From Octopus bimaculoides (taxonomy: Eukaryota): 64,000 nucleotides of DNA. Positions 1-11,974 of this stretch are shown piece by piece. Within the stretch, counting starts at the first letter, position 1. The number at the start of each line of letters is the position of its first letter. Location of the stretch: contig NC_068981.1 of the NCBI RefSeq assembly GCF_001194135.2, positions 71,771,982-71,835,981 of the forward strand, in the 5' to 3' direction. The notes under the pieces were generated by a model. That model was not told the origin of the DNA and ran no database searches. It saw only the letters and a program-made list of their open reading frames with translations. Both the position numbers and the translations under genes were made by a program.

Positions 1-384
1 ATTCAGATGTATTGTAGTGTTTGTGAATAATATAGATTTCAGCATTATTTTCATGTTAAAGAAATAATGTTAACTTTTCAAAATTGCAAATCAAATGTTT
101 AAAGTTGTTTTATAAAAAAAAAAATAAATGCAGAAGTTAAAATTTAGTAATAAGAAGGTGACTATTAAAGGTTAAATGATTTTGATTCTGGAATCAGTTG
201 CTATTACAACTTATACTGAAAGTTTTATCTTTTTGTTTTTGAAATTACCAGAACAAGATTTAAGATAATTGGGGAAATAGTACTTAGCTTGGAAATAGGG
301 AAAGGACATCTGGCTGTAGAAAATCTACCTCAATAAATTCTGTCTGACCCATGCAAGCATGGGAAAAGTGGGAATTAAAATGAT

Positions 385-905
385 GTTTTTTCTATGGCCC
401 TGCTTGATCTGTCGAAATGGTGTAGGTAGAAACTCCATAAAATGCACCCAGTGTAAGCTTTGGACACATTGGAGGTGCAGCAATATCAGAGGAAGGTTAA
501 TAGGGAAACTAGCTTTTGTATGTGGAAGATGCACAGGTACAATAAACACTGAAAATGTACAGAAAATAGACTCCATCAACTGCCAGGCAGGTAAGCTAGA
601 GGTAGTAGATAGCTTCTGTTGTCTAGGTGACCAAATTAGTGGCAGAGGTGGATGCTCCGAGAGTATGGCTGTGAGAATGAGATTAGGCTGGGCAAAGTTC
701 AGAGAGCTCCTACTTCTGCTGGCAACAAAGAGTCTCTCCCTCAGAGTGGAAGGCAGATTGTATGATGCCTGTGTGTGAATACCTATGCTATATGGCAGTG
801 AAACATGGGCTGTGACAGCCAAGGACATGTGTAGGGTTGAAAGAAATGAAGCTAGTATGCTTTGCTGGATGTGCAATGTCAGTGTGCATGTTCGTCAGTG
901 TGCAT
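385..905 (+). mobile_element. RTE-clade LINE ORF fragment (degenerate)
   Basis: LEVVDSFCCLGD...GWAKFRELL...GRLYDACV*..LYGSETWAVT..LKRNEASMLCWMCNVSV, typical RTE post-RT region; internal stop. Confidence 0.85.
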
Positions 906-1041
906 GCTATTCCAAATGTATGAGCAGTATTTTGATGTAGCCCTTATTTGAGCTGATAGTGTTTGAAATATTTTTGTATCTAAACAGGAAGGCTAATTCC
1001 AAGGTTTTAGCATTATCTCTCTCTCTCTTTCTCTCTCTTTC

Positions 1042-1094
<53 letters not shown>

Positions 1095-1271
1095 TACACA
1101 CAGATTGTCAGGCTTAGGGATCACAGTTACTTTGAGGATCTTAGTAATATAGGCAACTATTCAAAGTCATAGAAGGTCAAAAGTATTTTGAATTTTAACT
1201 TCACGAGCATTTTTGTTTGCATTTTTTTAAATATCTAGAATATTTAAAATGTCTTTTTAATTTCATTATAG

Positions 1272-1352
1272 CTGAATATCAAATTAGGTCGTGCCTTACG
1301 GCCTGGCGAGTATCGTGTAAAAGTTTATCAGTTATTGGTAGATGAACCTGAG
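1272..1352 (+). CDS. USP47: USP47 internal exon (first in window; gene starts upstream)
   Basis: ttcattatag|...GAG|gtaagt; 81 nt, [27 protein letters not shown]; matches recalled vertebrate USP47 [25 protein letters not shown]. Confidence 0.93.
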
Positions 1353-2559
1353 GTAAGTTATTATATATATATATATATATATAAATATATATCACTTCAC
1401 TATCTTTGAAAAAGGAATTTCCTGTTTATTTCATTTATATATATCAGATTTTTACTTCGATTTGATATTGCAATTTATTTAGACAGAATATTAATTTTAA
1501 AAATTAAAAATTTAACTATTGTTTTTAGAAAGACATCTTATTAATGCTATTCATCTTGAATAAATTCTTATCTGTAAATTCTGTTGTAAATGGATAGCAC
1601 TTCTCAGAAGTGCAAAAAAAGACTCTTAGAGTGAGTTGCAAGCTCTTAAACTAATTCCTATATCTGAATTTTAATATAATAAAAATAAAGATATTTGAAT
1701 CAGATTATTTTGGAAATTAGTATTATTAACTCTCTTGGGACACTCAGGCCAATTGATTGGCCCTAGTGATACAAGCTGAAAAGACTTTGGGGCCAATTTA
1801 TCAGCCTGATGAAACAAATGTGTTGTGTATAGCCAATCAGAGATTGTCTTTCAGTTGATATAATATAAAACTATATAATATATATAGTTTTACATACTAA
1901 TAAAATAGTTTCAGGCACTTTATCCTTTATTTTCTACATGCATGCATCAATTTCAATCTCAACAGAAAAAATATTTTGGTCTTTTTGGCTACACATACCA
2001 AAACACTGTATCTCAAAAGGGTTAAAGATTTTGTCATATAACTTTATATTGCCACTTTTAGTTCCCTATGTAAACAGTAATACACTTGCATACAATTAAT
2101 GATATGTACTCTGTAATGTTATGAATCAATTGAAGGTATGACTAGACTGTAGGCTAAAAGGTTATTTGTTTAAACTATTGCCCATTACTCTGCTATATTA
2201 AATCTGTCTTGCTGAAATAGGTGACGTTTCTGTTTCATTTTTATACCATTATTTGTTTCACAAGAAGATGTAAAAATACTCGATCCAAAAATGCAGCTAT
2301 TCAAAAACTTAGCCCACGCTTTTTAACTTTAAAAAAAAAGAAAATTATTGTACAAAGAATTAAAATGTGTAATTCATTGGAAGCCACTTGTTGAGATAAG
2401 CAACAGATAACTTTAGGCAAAGGATGTAACAATATTCTGAGTGTATTTAATCCCTGCTAACTTTGATAACAATAGCCATTCTAATAAGAGGTTTTTACTA
2501 TATATCAGTTATTTATTTATTTTCCCAAGTAAAAATAATATTGTTATTCTCTTCATTAG

Positions 2560-2675
2560 CCTTGTAAATTTCTCATTGAAACAATATTTGCTAAGCGGAT
2601 GAGTGTCCTTGAATCTAAGAAGCAAATATTAGCTGAACTTAAAGAGCAGTGCAATTTAGACATACCTCTTTCAAG
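2560..2675 (+). CDS. USP47: USP47 exon
   Basis: cattag|...AG|gtaaga; 116 nt, PCKFLIETIFAKRMSVLESKKQILAELKEQCNLDIPLS(R); phase compatible with both neighbours. Confidence 0.93.
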
Positions 2676-4361
2676 GTAAGACATTTATTTTGTGAGTTCT
2701 TCAAAAACTATTTAAGTCAATGCCAAGTGCTGAACTTTATGTTCAAATAATCATTAATATTTGTGTAAAGTATAACATTACTTTTGTTCTAATATTGGTA
2801 GGCTAGACATAAGCCATTAAATGTTTATTTCCTAAAATTTTTTGAATGCTTAGTTTTGCAATATTATTCAACTTGCAAAAATGTGAGGGTTAATGTGACA
2901 AAATTTTCCTCAATATATATCCAGCCCATGCAAGCATGGAAAGTGGACATTAAGATGGGGATTATGATACGTTTATAATATCATTTCTAGAAACTTATGT
3001 TTAAATCTTATATTTTTCTTTTATAATATATCTTCATCTCATATATATCTTCCTTATTAGTCATAGAAGTTTTCCATTGAAACAATATTAAGCTTAAGTA
3101 ATTAAAATCTGTCTATAGATTGGGTAATTTTAGAATCTAGCATGATAATATCAGCCTACTAGTTGACATGTTACGATTGATGAAACCCCATGGAAAATTT
3201 AAATATGTGAAAATCTCAAAATTATTTGTAAAAATATAGAAAGTTTTTCAGAACTAGCAGTCACTATTAATCATGACAAGTGACTTTCAAAAGAACTCAA
3301 TTATGAAGCATTTGAATTGTTAATGAAAGACAAAGCCATTATCTAACTTGAAAGTAACTCATTTTTCATTTTGTTTTAGTTTCACTAATTTTTCATCTTT
3401 GTATTTGTCAACTTTTACTTTCAATACTGTTCATCTACAAAATGTTCTCTGGTGTTTCATTATTTGTAACTATTCATTGAGAACGTGAAAGTGTTGACGC
3501 TGTTGTGTCCCTTGGATTGGTCTAGCTTATTCCAAAATTTTCTCTTGCAAATACAGCAGCGAATTGGTCGGCTTTTTCCTAATCAACTATGTTACTTCGA
3601 TTCATTGTTCTTTTGATAATTGATGAATCACATGATGAATAGATGCTCCACCTTATTTTATGCCAGATGTTGAAACCTAGCATTATTAAACGATGATTTA
3701 CAATTTATTTGATGAATCAAATATGGAATGTTCAGTGCCCTGAAACTCTCAGCACAATTTCTTTATTGGTATTGCTCTCTTCAGTATTCAAACATTGGTT
3801 TGAAAGTTTTCTTGCTACATTCCTAATGGCAACAGACTATATGCCCTTCAAAGCATTGTGTCTTACAAAATAATTAAATTTACTGCAGTTTGTGACAATT
3901 ATGAAGATACAATAAATTAAGTTGTGAATGAGGTTTTTGTGAGACTTCAACTTGTGCCTTTCAAATACCAGCCAACTAAATCCCTTAAAACTCCTGAGGA
4001 ATGTTACTTCAAGGAAGTCACATTCTTTGACTAGAAATTTCAAGGTCTGAAAGAAAAGTTTGATAATGACTCTTTTATTTTTGAAATAACATTGAATAGT
4101 ATAAGATTCATTCTCAGAAACAAAACAATGGGTTTGGAATCAGCTGTTTTACAACAAGGACATTGGACTTTAGCTCTAAAGAATGTTTGTATAACCTTGT
4201 AAAATACTACTGCCGTTATGAAAGAGAATGCTCAGTAGATACTTTGGAAACTTTTTGTGTTGGGATGTGGGAAACATAGATACAACTGCAGAAACTTTCC
4301 AGCTGGAGATGCTGTATGTTGTTAGTGTGAAAAAAATGGTAATTTTTCTCAGATGCAAAAA

Positions 4362-4527
4362 TCTCTGAGTGGTTGGCGTTAGGAAGGGCATCCAGCTGTA
4401 GAAACTCTGCCAAATCAGACTGGAGCCTGGTGTTGCCATCCGGTTTCACCAGTCCTCAGTCAAATCGTCCAACCCATGCTAGCATGGAAAGCGGACGTTA
4501 AACGATGATGATGATGATGATGATGAT
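4362..4527 (+). mobile_element. young RTE 3'-tail element ending in (GAT)n
   Basis: gagtggttggcgttaggaagggcatccagctgtaga...ccaacccatgctagcatggaaagcggacgttaaacgatgatgat; near-identical copies at 23594, 25322, 54485. Confidence 0.85.
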
Positions 4528-5053
4528 ATGATGACTAGCATCTCCAGGTGAAATAGTTAACTGAGTGGAGTTGGATTTATCAGTTGCTGGCTCAGTCTCA
4601 TATTTCAGTAGCACTTCTTTAGCTGTCATCCTTCATTCCAAGACAATGCTATTTCTCAAGATGAGGACGCTTTGAATAAAAGAGATAGTGATATTAATTC
4701 ATATCTATATCTAAAATCAGTGTGACTGGGCAGATGAAATGTTTATAAATCCAAATATAAAATAGTATAGGACAGTGGTAAATATGCTCCGTTGCTTTTT
4801 GTTAAACTTTGGGATTTTATAAAATTTTGGCAATCAAGGTTTCTCTGTGAACAGTTTTGAATGTTCTTATTTTTGATTAATCTTTTCTTCTGTTTTTGCT
4901 TCTTCTGTCATAGTGGACTAATTTATTTCAAGTAGGATTTTCTTATCTCTAAGATATGTATTTATTTTCAAATGTTCATTGAAAAATTTACTTATGCATA
5001 AATTTGAACAATTCCTTTCACCAATAATTTTATTCACCATTTGCTATAATCAG

Positions 5054-5172
5054 ATGCCGTTTACGAAAGAAATCTTGGAAAAATCCTGGTGCAGTTTATT
5101 TAGACAATCAATTATATGATGATGACATTTCATTATATACTCACTGGGAAATTTTTCTGGAAGTTTTGGAAG
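5054..5172 (+). CDS. USP47: USP47 exon
   Basis: aatcag|...G|gtaact; 119 nt, CRLRKKSWKNPGAVYLDNQLYDDDISLYTHWEIFLEVLE(G), cf. FRLRKKTWKNPGTVFLD. Confidence 0.93.
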
Positions 5173-5364
5173 GTAACTTCATAAGCTTAATTCATTCTAT
5201 TATTCAAAATTGCCTTTCTGTTGCCAACCCTTATCTGTTTCTAAGCAAAGTAATATTTTCCAATGGCCAGACATGCTTTACATGGAAGACTGGAAACAAA
5301 TGATGTTGTTTGTATGACAGTGATGGTTGTTTACAATTATCACAGGTTATTAAGACAAGGGCAT

Positions 5365-5530
5365 ATATACACACACACTCACTCTGGCTTTTTTCAGTTT
5401 CCATTAACCAAGTTCACTCACTTTGGTTTGTCTGGGGTTATAGTAGAAGTCATTTGCCCAAGGTACCTTGTAATGAGATTGAACTCAAGACTACATGGTT
5501 TGCAAACAACCACATAGCCATGCTTGTGCC
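5365..5530 (-). mobile_element. tRNA-derived SINE family A head (other copies about 6850-7020, 9771-9930, 19540-19645, 21495-21600, 41750-41885)
   Basis: reverse complement ggcacaagcatggctatgtggt...ccttgggcaaatgacttctactata..., recurring many times in the window. Confidence 0.75.
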
Positions 5531-6504
5531 AATAAGTTCTATATATTAGACAAGCATGGCTGAGTGCGAGTCTCAACAAAATGTAGAGCCTCGAATGACA
5601 TGCTCGTCTATAAATGCCTAATGTACGCCCAGGCCCTATTATTTATTTATATGAACTAACTCATGTAATAGTCCAATTTGTATTTTTTAAATTTTATTTT
5701 TAATTCATTAATTAAAATTTTGTTTGCGTTTTCGTGTCCTTGTCATTTTCTGACTTTCTTTCAGCCACTCAAACCTAATACGCTCTTTTGTGTTATGTGA
5801 GAGGTCTATCGATTTTCATTGTTATTACTGTGGCCCAGCCCACCGCAGGTCATAATTAATATTAATATAATAAAAACTAACATAGAAACCCTGACACTGC
5901 CATAAATAAAAACTAAGACAGAAACCCCGACACTACCATAAACGTTTTTTGGAATGTCTTTTAAGCGCAAATTTAAAAAATTTTTTTAAGAAGTAATTTA
6001 TATTGGATTAAATATCAGATGATTTTTACTTTTAATAGTTCTAAATGTATTTTTTTGAAATTATATTGTTTCTTTTAGAATTTGCATTTAAAATTATTTC
6101 ATTTATAAAATTTTTTATCGAATGGCAAAAAATTGGCGATTTTTGAAAAATCAAAATTTAAATTTTTACTTCCATTAATTTTATCGCAATTTCATTCAAA
6201 CATAATAATACATATTTTTTAAAGATATAAATATTTTTGCAAATTCAAGACATTTGCCATGCTAATTGACATTTGGAAGAATGCTTGCAAATACTCCACC
6301 CACCAACATTTTTCCATAAGTGCCAAGTAATCTTATTTTTTAAGCCATGTAACGATTTACTAGATACTGTAGTCAGCTCAGCCTTTTCCAATCAAGACAG
6401 GAGCGTTTCACGTCAACTTGGAATGGCTGAAACTGACACGTCAGCAACTTTTCGATTTTCACATTCCTTCATTTTCCGCTCTCTTTTCTTGCAATGATAA
6501 TAAA

Positions 6505-6585
6505 TTATTACCTCCGCTAACGAAGGAGGTTCTGTTTCCATTGGTTTGTCTGTCCCTCTGTGTGCAAAATAACTCAAAAGCCATT
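6505..6585 (+). mobile_element. Helentron/HINE-like end
   Basis: ttattACCTCCgctaacgaaGGAGGTtctgtttcc...tttgtctgtc...aaaataactcaaaa resembles the ATTACCTCCGCCAAGGAGGTTATGTTT terminus of non-autonomous Helentron-type elements (recalled). Confidence 0.55.
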
Positions 6586-7653
6586 AAACCCAACCATCAC
6601 CCCACCACGGTATGTAGGTGTAAACCGTATGATAACGGGCTAACGATGGTACTGGTACTTGCTTTTTTTTTATGAAAATTTAATGCTTAAAAAATATGAT
6701 TTAAAAAAGGAAGAAATTTTATGGGAAAAAAATTTCTTGAAAAACAAAAAAAATGAATTCAACAAAATGCTCTTTTGAAAAAATATCAACCAATATTAAA
6801 CTTTGAAAAGAAAGAAACAAGTAAGAAGGGAAAACACACACACACACACACACACACAGAGATTTCTTTCAATTTCCATCTATCAAGACCACTCATAAGG
6901 CTTTCATTGGCTTGGGTCTATAATGGAAGACACTTACTCAAGGTGACATGCAGCGGGACTAAACCCAAACACTCTAAGTGCTTTGCTGGCAACTTTGTAC
7001 TTCATGTTGCATAAGATTGTGTTGCATGGCTTACAACCTAATATATTTATGAAGGGTTAAACAATTGTCCAACTTATTTAAAACCACACTCTTTTGTTAT
7101 CTCAAATATTTATTTTTAAAAAAATGCATCATCCTTATGAGAAAGTTTCTCCTGTAAAGCTTATGAAAATGAATATCTGTTGAGTTGGCTATTAAATATT
7201 TAAGCATGCTCCACAGATTATGTGATTTTCATAGTTACCCATTTTTACTTGATTTAAGATGCTGCAATTAACATCTGTTTTCATTTTCTTTTCACTTTTG
7301 TTTGAATAAAAACAAATTGATAAAGCTCTGCAGGAAGAAAAATATTTTAACATATAATTGTTTTAATAAAGATGATTTGCATATTTATTTTTAATACACA
7401 CTCTGTGAAATTTGAATGCAGCTATGTGAATCACTATTGTCTTTGTCGTAGGAGAACAACAATTCCCATGTGCAACAATGTGTTTAATGATGAAGTTGTT
7501 CTCCTGTGATGTACACGACAGCAACTAACATATTTTCATTCAAATCTGCTGGAATGTTGTAAAAAATGATTTGCACTGTACACAGTGCAAATAATGATTT
7601 TTAATTTGTTTTAATATATATAATTTTAACTATTTTTTAAAATTGAATAATAG

Positions 7654-7784
7654 GCCCCGATCAAGTTAAATCTGCTAATGAACTATCACTATTTGCACGG
7701 CGATGGCGGACATCTACTTATCGGTTGGATCTCTTCCAAGAAGTTGTTTTATCACAACATACAACAGACCATCTACGAGAGAAA
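7654..7784 (+). CDS. USP47: USP47 exon
   Basis: aatag|...AAA|gtaagc; 131 nt, PDQVKSANELSLFARRWRTSTYRLDLFQEVVLSQHTTDHLREK. Confidence 0.92.
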
Positions 7785-8385
7785 GTAAGCCACTGAAGAA
7801 TAATTTTTATTGTTTCTAGTTAGGAAATATTTTTCTTTGTAACATCTTTCATTTAATCTGTTAACTCTGATTTCTTAACATTTCTGAATGCAATATTTAT
7901 TTTGGTTGTATAATGTCGGCTTCAGTATTTGCTTTTACATTACAAAGATAAAAATATTTAAAATCCAAATGGAGACTGTGAAATGTATACTTTGATGAAT
8001 AATATTAAATGCAATAACCTGATTTTGTACAGTTTACGTAAGGACAATTACCAAAAGCTAACTCTACATGTGGTATTAATTCAAATATATTTTTGACTTA
8101 AAGAATAGAGTTTCTTATTAACATATCACATTTTTCACTATGACTGGATAAATCTTTCATTTTTCTTATTCTGTTATATTCACTGGAATATGGGTTGATA
8201 GAACTTAGGAAGGAAAAAAAAAAAAGATGAGTACATTTAGTACACATAAAAGAAAGTGTTAACTAAATTTTCTTTTATATATTTCAGCCTTGAGGCTTGA
8301 AAGCAACTCGGGGTTTTGTTCCTTTGTTTGACAATTATTTACTTACTAAATGTTTTATAAAACAAATTTTCTTTCCTACTTTCAG

Positions 8386-8433
8386 TTACATGAAATTAGT
8401 GGTATAGAGAAAGAAAATATTGAATTTGCCAAG
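8386..8433 (+). CDS. USP47: USP47 exon
   Basis: ctactttcag|...AAG|gtcagt; 48 nt, LHEISGIEKENIEFAK, cf. LSEISGIPLDDIEFAK. Confidence 0.92.
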
Positions 8434-8599
8434 GTCAGTAATTTTTCATTTTAATAGTTTTATTTTTTTTATAACCGACATGCTATCATTAAAAAAAGTT
8501 TTAGTTTCAAAGTTAATTAGTGATTACAATGGTTAAAATAATTTTCATTTTTGTATTATCTTTGCCTTATCTATAGCCAAATCCCCTGAGGTCAGTTAA

Positions 8600-8808
8600 T
8601 CCTTTAGCATTCAGATTTATTTATCCAATGTATTCACGTGGGTTTGAGTTAATCACGCATCATCTTGTAGCTTCAACGTTCCAATGGTATGTTTCTATAT
8701 TTTTAGAATGACATTGTAAGGTAGGTGCAAGAGGTTGGATCTGGTCAGTTTCAACACAAATCGGGTACAATATTTGGGCCAGATATGGCCAGATTAAATG
8801 CTAAAGGG
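8600..8808. mobile_element. piggyBac-type MITE
   Basis: TTAA|tCCTTTAGCATT...AATGCTAAAGGG|TTAA; TTAA TSD at 8596-8599 and 8809-8812; related copy about 50345-50573. Confidence 0.8.
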
Positions 8809-9568
8809 TTAAACAATTTGGACATGGATTTATAAATAACTTTCTTCATGCTTGAAAGCAGCTAAGGGTTTGTGCCTTTGTTTGAAGAATTCTCATCATC
8901 AGTACCACCTTTTCTGTCTTCACAACCTCCTTGCCTTCTTCAATGTCATTTCAATTGTTGTTGCTGCTGCCATCTGCATCTCTGAATGTTAGTATGGATT
9001 GGTGCTTTTATATGAATGTGTCATTCTTCCTAAACAATGTGGAGGAAATATATCTTAAATATTGTCCTTCAGAAGGGAAAGCTCTGAAAGAAAAGAGATA
9101 TAGCACAGTGCAATGAGATATCCCTAATAGTAGATTGATAATAATGATCAAGATGACATTGCCAAATATTGGTGAATATTGGTATTATGTAAAATAGTTT
9201 TAATTGCATTAATTCAATTTATAAAACTTCAAAATATTTCTTTAATTGTTAAATTATGTGTAGAAGCTTTTCAATTTTTGCTTACTGATACAAAAATTAT
9301 AAATACTTAAATGCTTACTTTTTGGAAGTCATTAAATGTTTTTGATTGTGATAGTCATAATAATAAGTGAAAACATACAGACATGCTTATTTCATTTTGT
9401 AATAGTGTTATATTCTATTATAATGTTAAAAATGTTCAACATTTATGATCTACTCACTGTGTCTGCATGGAATATTTGTTACACATACAGAATCTTATTG
9501 CTTATTTTTCTTAGTATTTGTAAAATATTGTTAGAAATTGAAGATTTTTCTTTTATTTCTGTGGGCAG

Positions 9569-9699
9569 GCACGTGGCACATTCCCTTGTGATATTCCTGT
9601 GTTGGGGATTCAAACTGAATTGGACTGGAATCCTCAGGTTACCTCCTTTAATATGTGGCCCCAAGCAATGTGTGAACCAGGAAGTGTAATATATTACAG
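9569..9699 (+). CDS. USP47: USP47 exon
   Basis: gggcag|...AG|gttagt; 131 nt, [43 protein letters not shown](R), cf. [22 protein letters not shown]. Confidence 0.93.
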
Positions 9700-10820
9700 G
9701 TTAGTGTCTCTGTTCGTTAACTCAAATTATAAATAAGGAAATGGCAAATGTTTTTATTTCAGGTGGGATCAGGCATGGGTGTAAAGTTAAGAAGTTTCAC
9801 AATCATGTAGTTTCAACTTTGATCCTGTTGCATGGCATTTTGGGCAAGTGTCTTCTTTTAACTTCAGGTTGAGCAAGGCTTTGTGAGTGGAATTTTGTAA
9901 GTGGAAACTGATAGAAGCTTGCCTAATGTGCTTGCACTTGTCTTCATGTGTCTTTGCATTGACACAGCTTAGGCAGTAGAGACATTGTTTATGTCCTCCA
10001 TAAACTAAACATCTTACAGCTGTTTGATGTGCAAAGACATGGAGTAAAGGTATCTTATCTGAAAACAAATAGGAATGGCACCAAGAAGGACATACATCTG
10101 TTGAAAACAGCCCAGAGAAATCTCATTCAACACATCAGTATAGAAAAAGCAGGTATAAAAAAAACAATGATAAATTGCTTTTCTATACGAAATAATGGAA
10201 TTTGTTCAAAGCAAAGGAAGTTCGGTATTTTCTGTTTTGTCTAGTTAGATATTTTATTAGCAAGTGCAAGTTCTTGTTGAATGAAATTTGTACAGATTAT
10301 TATGTAAAATGCATGAATAGAGAATTACTTAGCATAATGATTTTTTACTGCTCTTTAATCAGACATAAGTACTACAGTACTGAATTGGATAAAGTCAATG
10401 TTGTAATGTTTATTGCGAATGCTAAGTTAGTATTTGGAAGTTAAAACCTGGATAGGAAGTTGTAATTCTAAGAAGTAGAAGAAGAAATAATCAAAATGTT
10501 TATACTGGATTAAAGATCCAATATGAACATTTAATTACTTTAATGTTCTTGTATTACCTTAATTTTTCATTAATGTTTTCATGCAACTCTGTAAACACAT
10601 TTGGAAAAGTTTCAGTATTTTGTAAAGCCATACCATAAGACCACATGGTCAGATGTTTATGGTTTGACTCGTGGACATTGTTTCGCATAGCAGCTGTTTG
10701 GTTGGTATTTGTTATGAACATTTCTATTTTTATTTTTTAAAGTTAAGTTTCATATAACTTGATTCATTAACAACTTTTATAAATTTGGTGTATGAAATTT
10801 GAGATTTCTTTTAAATTCAG

Positions 10821-10889
10821 AGATAAAACAGAAGATTTAATGGAACTGTCCAAAGAAAAAAAGGAGGAACTATCTCAGAAAGAAAACAG
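10821..10889 (+). CDS. USP47: USP47 exon
   Basis: aattcag|...AG|gtgagt; 69 nt, DKTEDLMELSKEKKEELSQKEN(R), cf. [21 protein letters not shown]. Confidence 0.92.
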
Positions 10890-11974
10890 GTGAGTNNNNN
10901 NNNNNNNNNNNNNNNNNNNNNNNNNNNNNNNNNNNNNNNNNNNNNNNNNNNNNNNNNNNNNNNNNNNNNNNNNNNNNNNNNNNNNNNNNNNNNNNNNNNN
11001 NNNNNNNNNNNNNNNNNNNNNNNNNNNNNNNNNNNNNNNNNNNNNNNNNNNNNNNNNNNNNNNNNNNNNNNNNNNNNNNNNNNNNNNNNNNNNNNNNNNN
11101 NNNNNNNNNNNNNNNNNNNNNNNNNNNNNNNNNNNNNNNNNNNNNNNNNNNNNNNNNNNNNNNNNNNNNNNNNNNNNNNNNNNNNNNNNNNNNNNNNNNN
11201 NNNNNNNNNNNNNNNNNNNNNNNNNNNNNNNNNNNNNNNNNNNNNNNNNNNNNNNNNNNNNNNNNNNNNNNNNNNNNNNNNNNNNNNNNNNNNNNNNNNN
11301 NNNNNNNNNNNNNNNNNNNNNNNNNNNNNNNNNNNNNNNNNNNNNNNNNNNNNNNNNNNNNNNNNNNNNNNNNNNNNNNNNNNNNNNNNNNNNNNNNNNN
11401 NNNNNNNNNNNNNNNNNNNNNNNNNNNNNNNNNNNNNNNNNNNNNNNNNNNNNNNNNNNNNNNNNNNNNNNNNNNNNNNNNNNNNNNNNNNNNNNNNNNN
11501 NNNNNNNNNNNNNNNNNNNNNNNNNNNNNNNNNNNNNNNNNNNNNNNNNNNNNNNNNNNNNNNNNNNNNNNNNNNNNNNNNNNNNNNNNNNNNATATATA
11601 TATATATATACACACACACACATTCAGCATTTCATTGCCTTTAATTAGTGTTCTACATGAATGCATATTATATGCAAATAAATATAGTATGCTTTTTAAG
11701 GAAAAAAAAAATTTACCAAGTAATGCATGAAGAGGGTTTTTTCAGATTTCAAAAGAGTTCTTTCCATTTAAGAGTTTGAATGAAATATGTGAATCGGTTT
11801 TCAAAACTAAATTTGCCTGGGAATGGACCTTCTAAGGAAAATATTCTTGAGTTAATGTGAATTTCATTAAGTTTAAAAGTATTTTTTTAACATTTTAAAT
11901 TAAAAAGTTTTTTTTTAATATAGAAAAAGATTGACTGCTAACTTATATAACATTATTCTATTTGTTTTTGACAG

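Noticed and set aside
9336-9689. 117-aa ORF overlapping USP47 exon 6
   Set aside because: Alternative frame running through intron sequence; the USP47-matching frame is a different one
10625-10730. Two-hairpin segment ending in ACA (H/ACA snoRNA candidate) in USP47 intron 6
   Set aside because: No ANANNA H box between the hairpins, and the second hairpin lacks an upper stem
10817-11666. Long ORFs full of X (also about 39365-39873, 48775-49644, 58740-59106)
   Set aside because: Artefacts of N gaps and adjacent microsatellites. The USP47 alignment suggests no exon is missing in the 10896-11593 gap.
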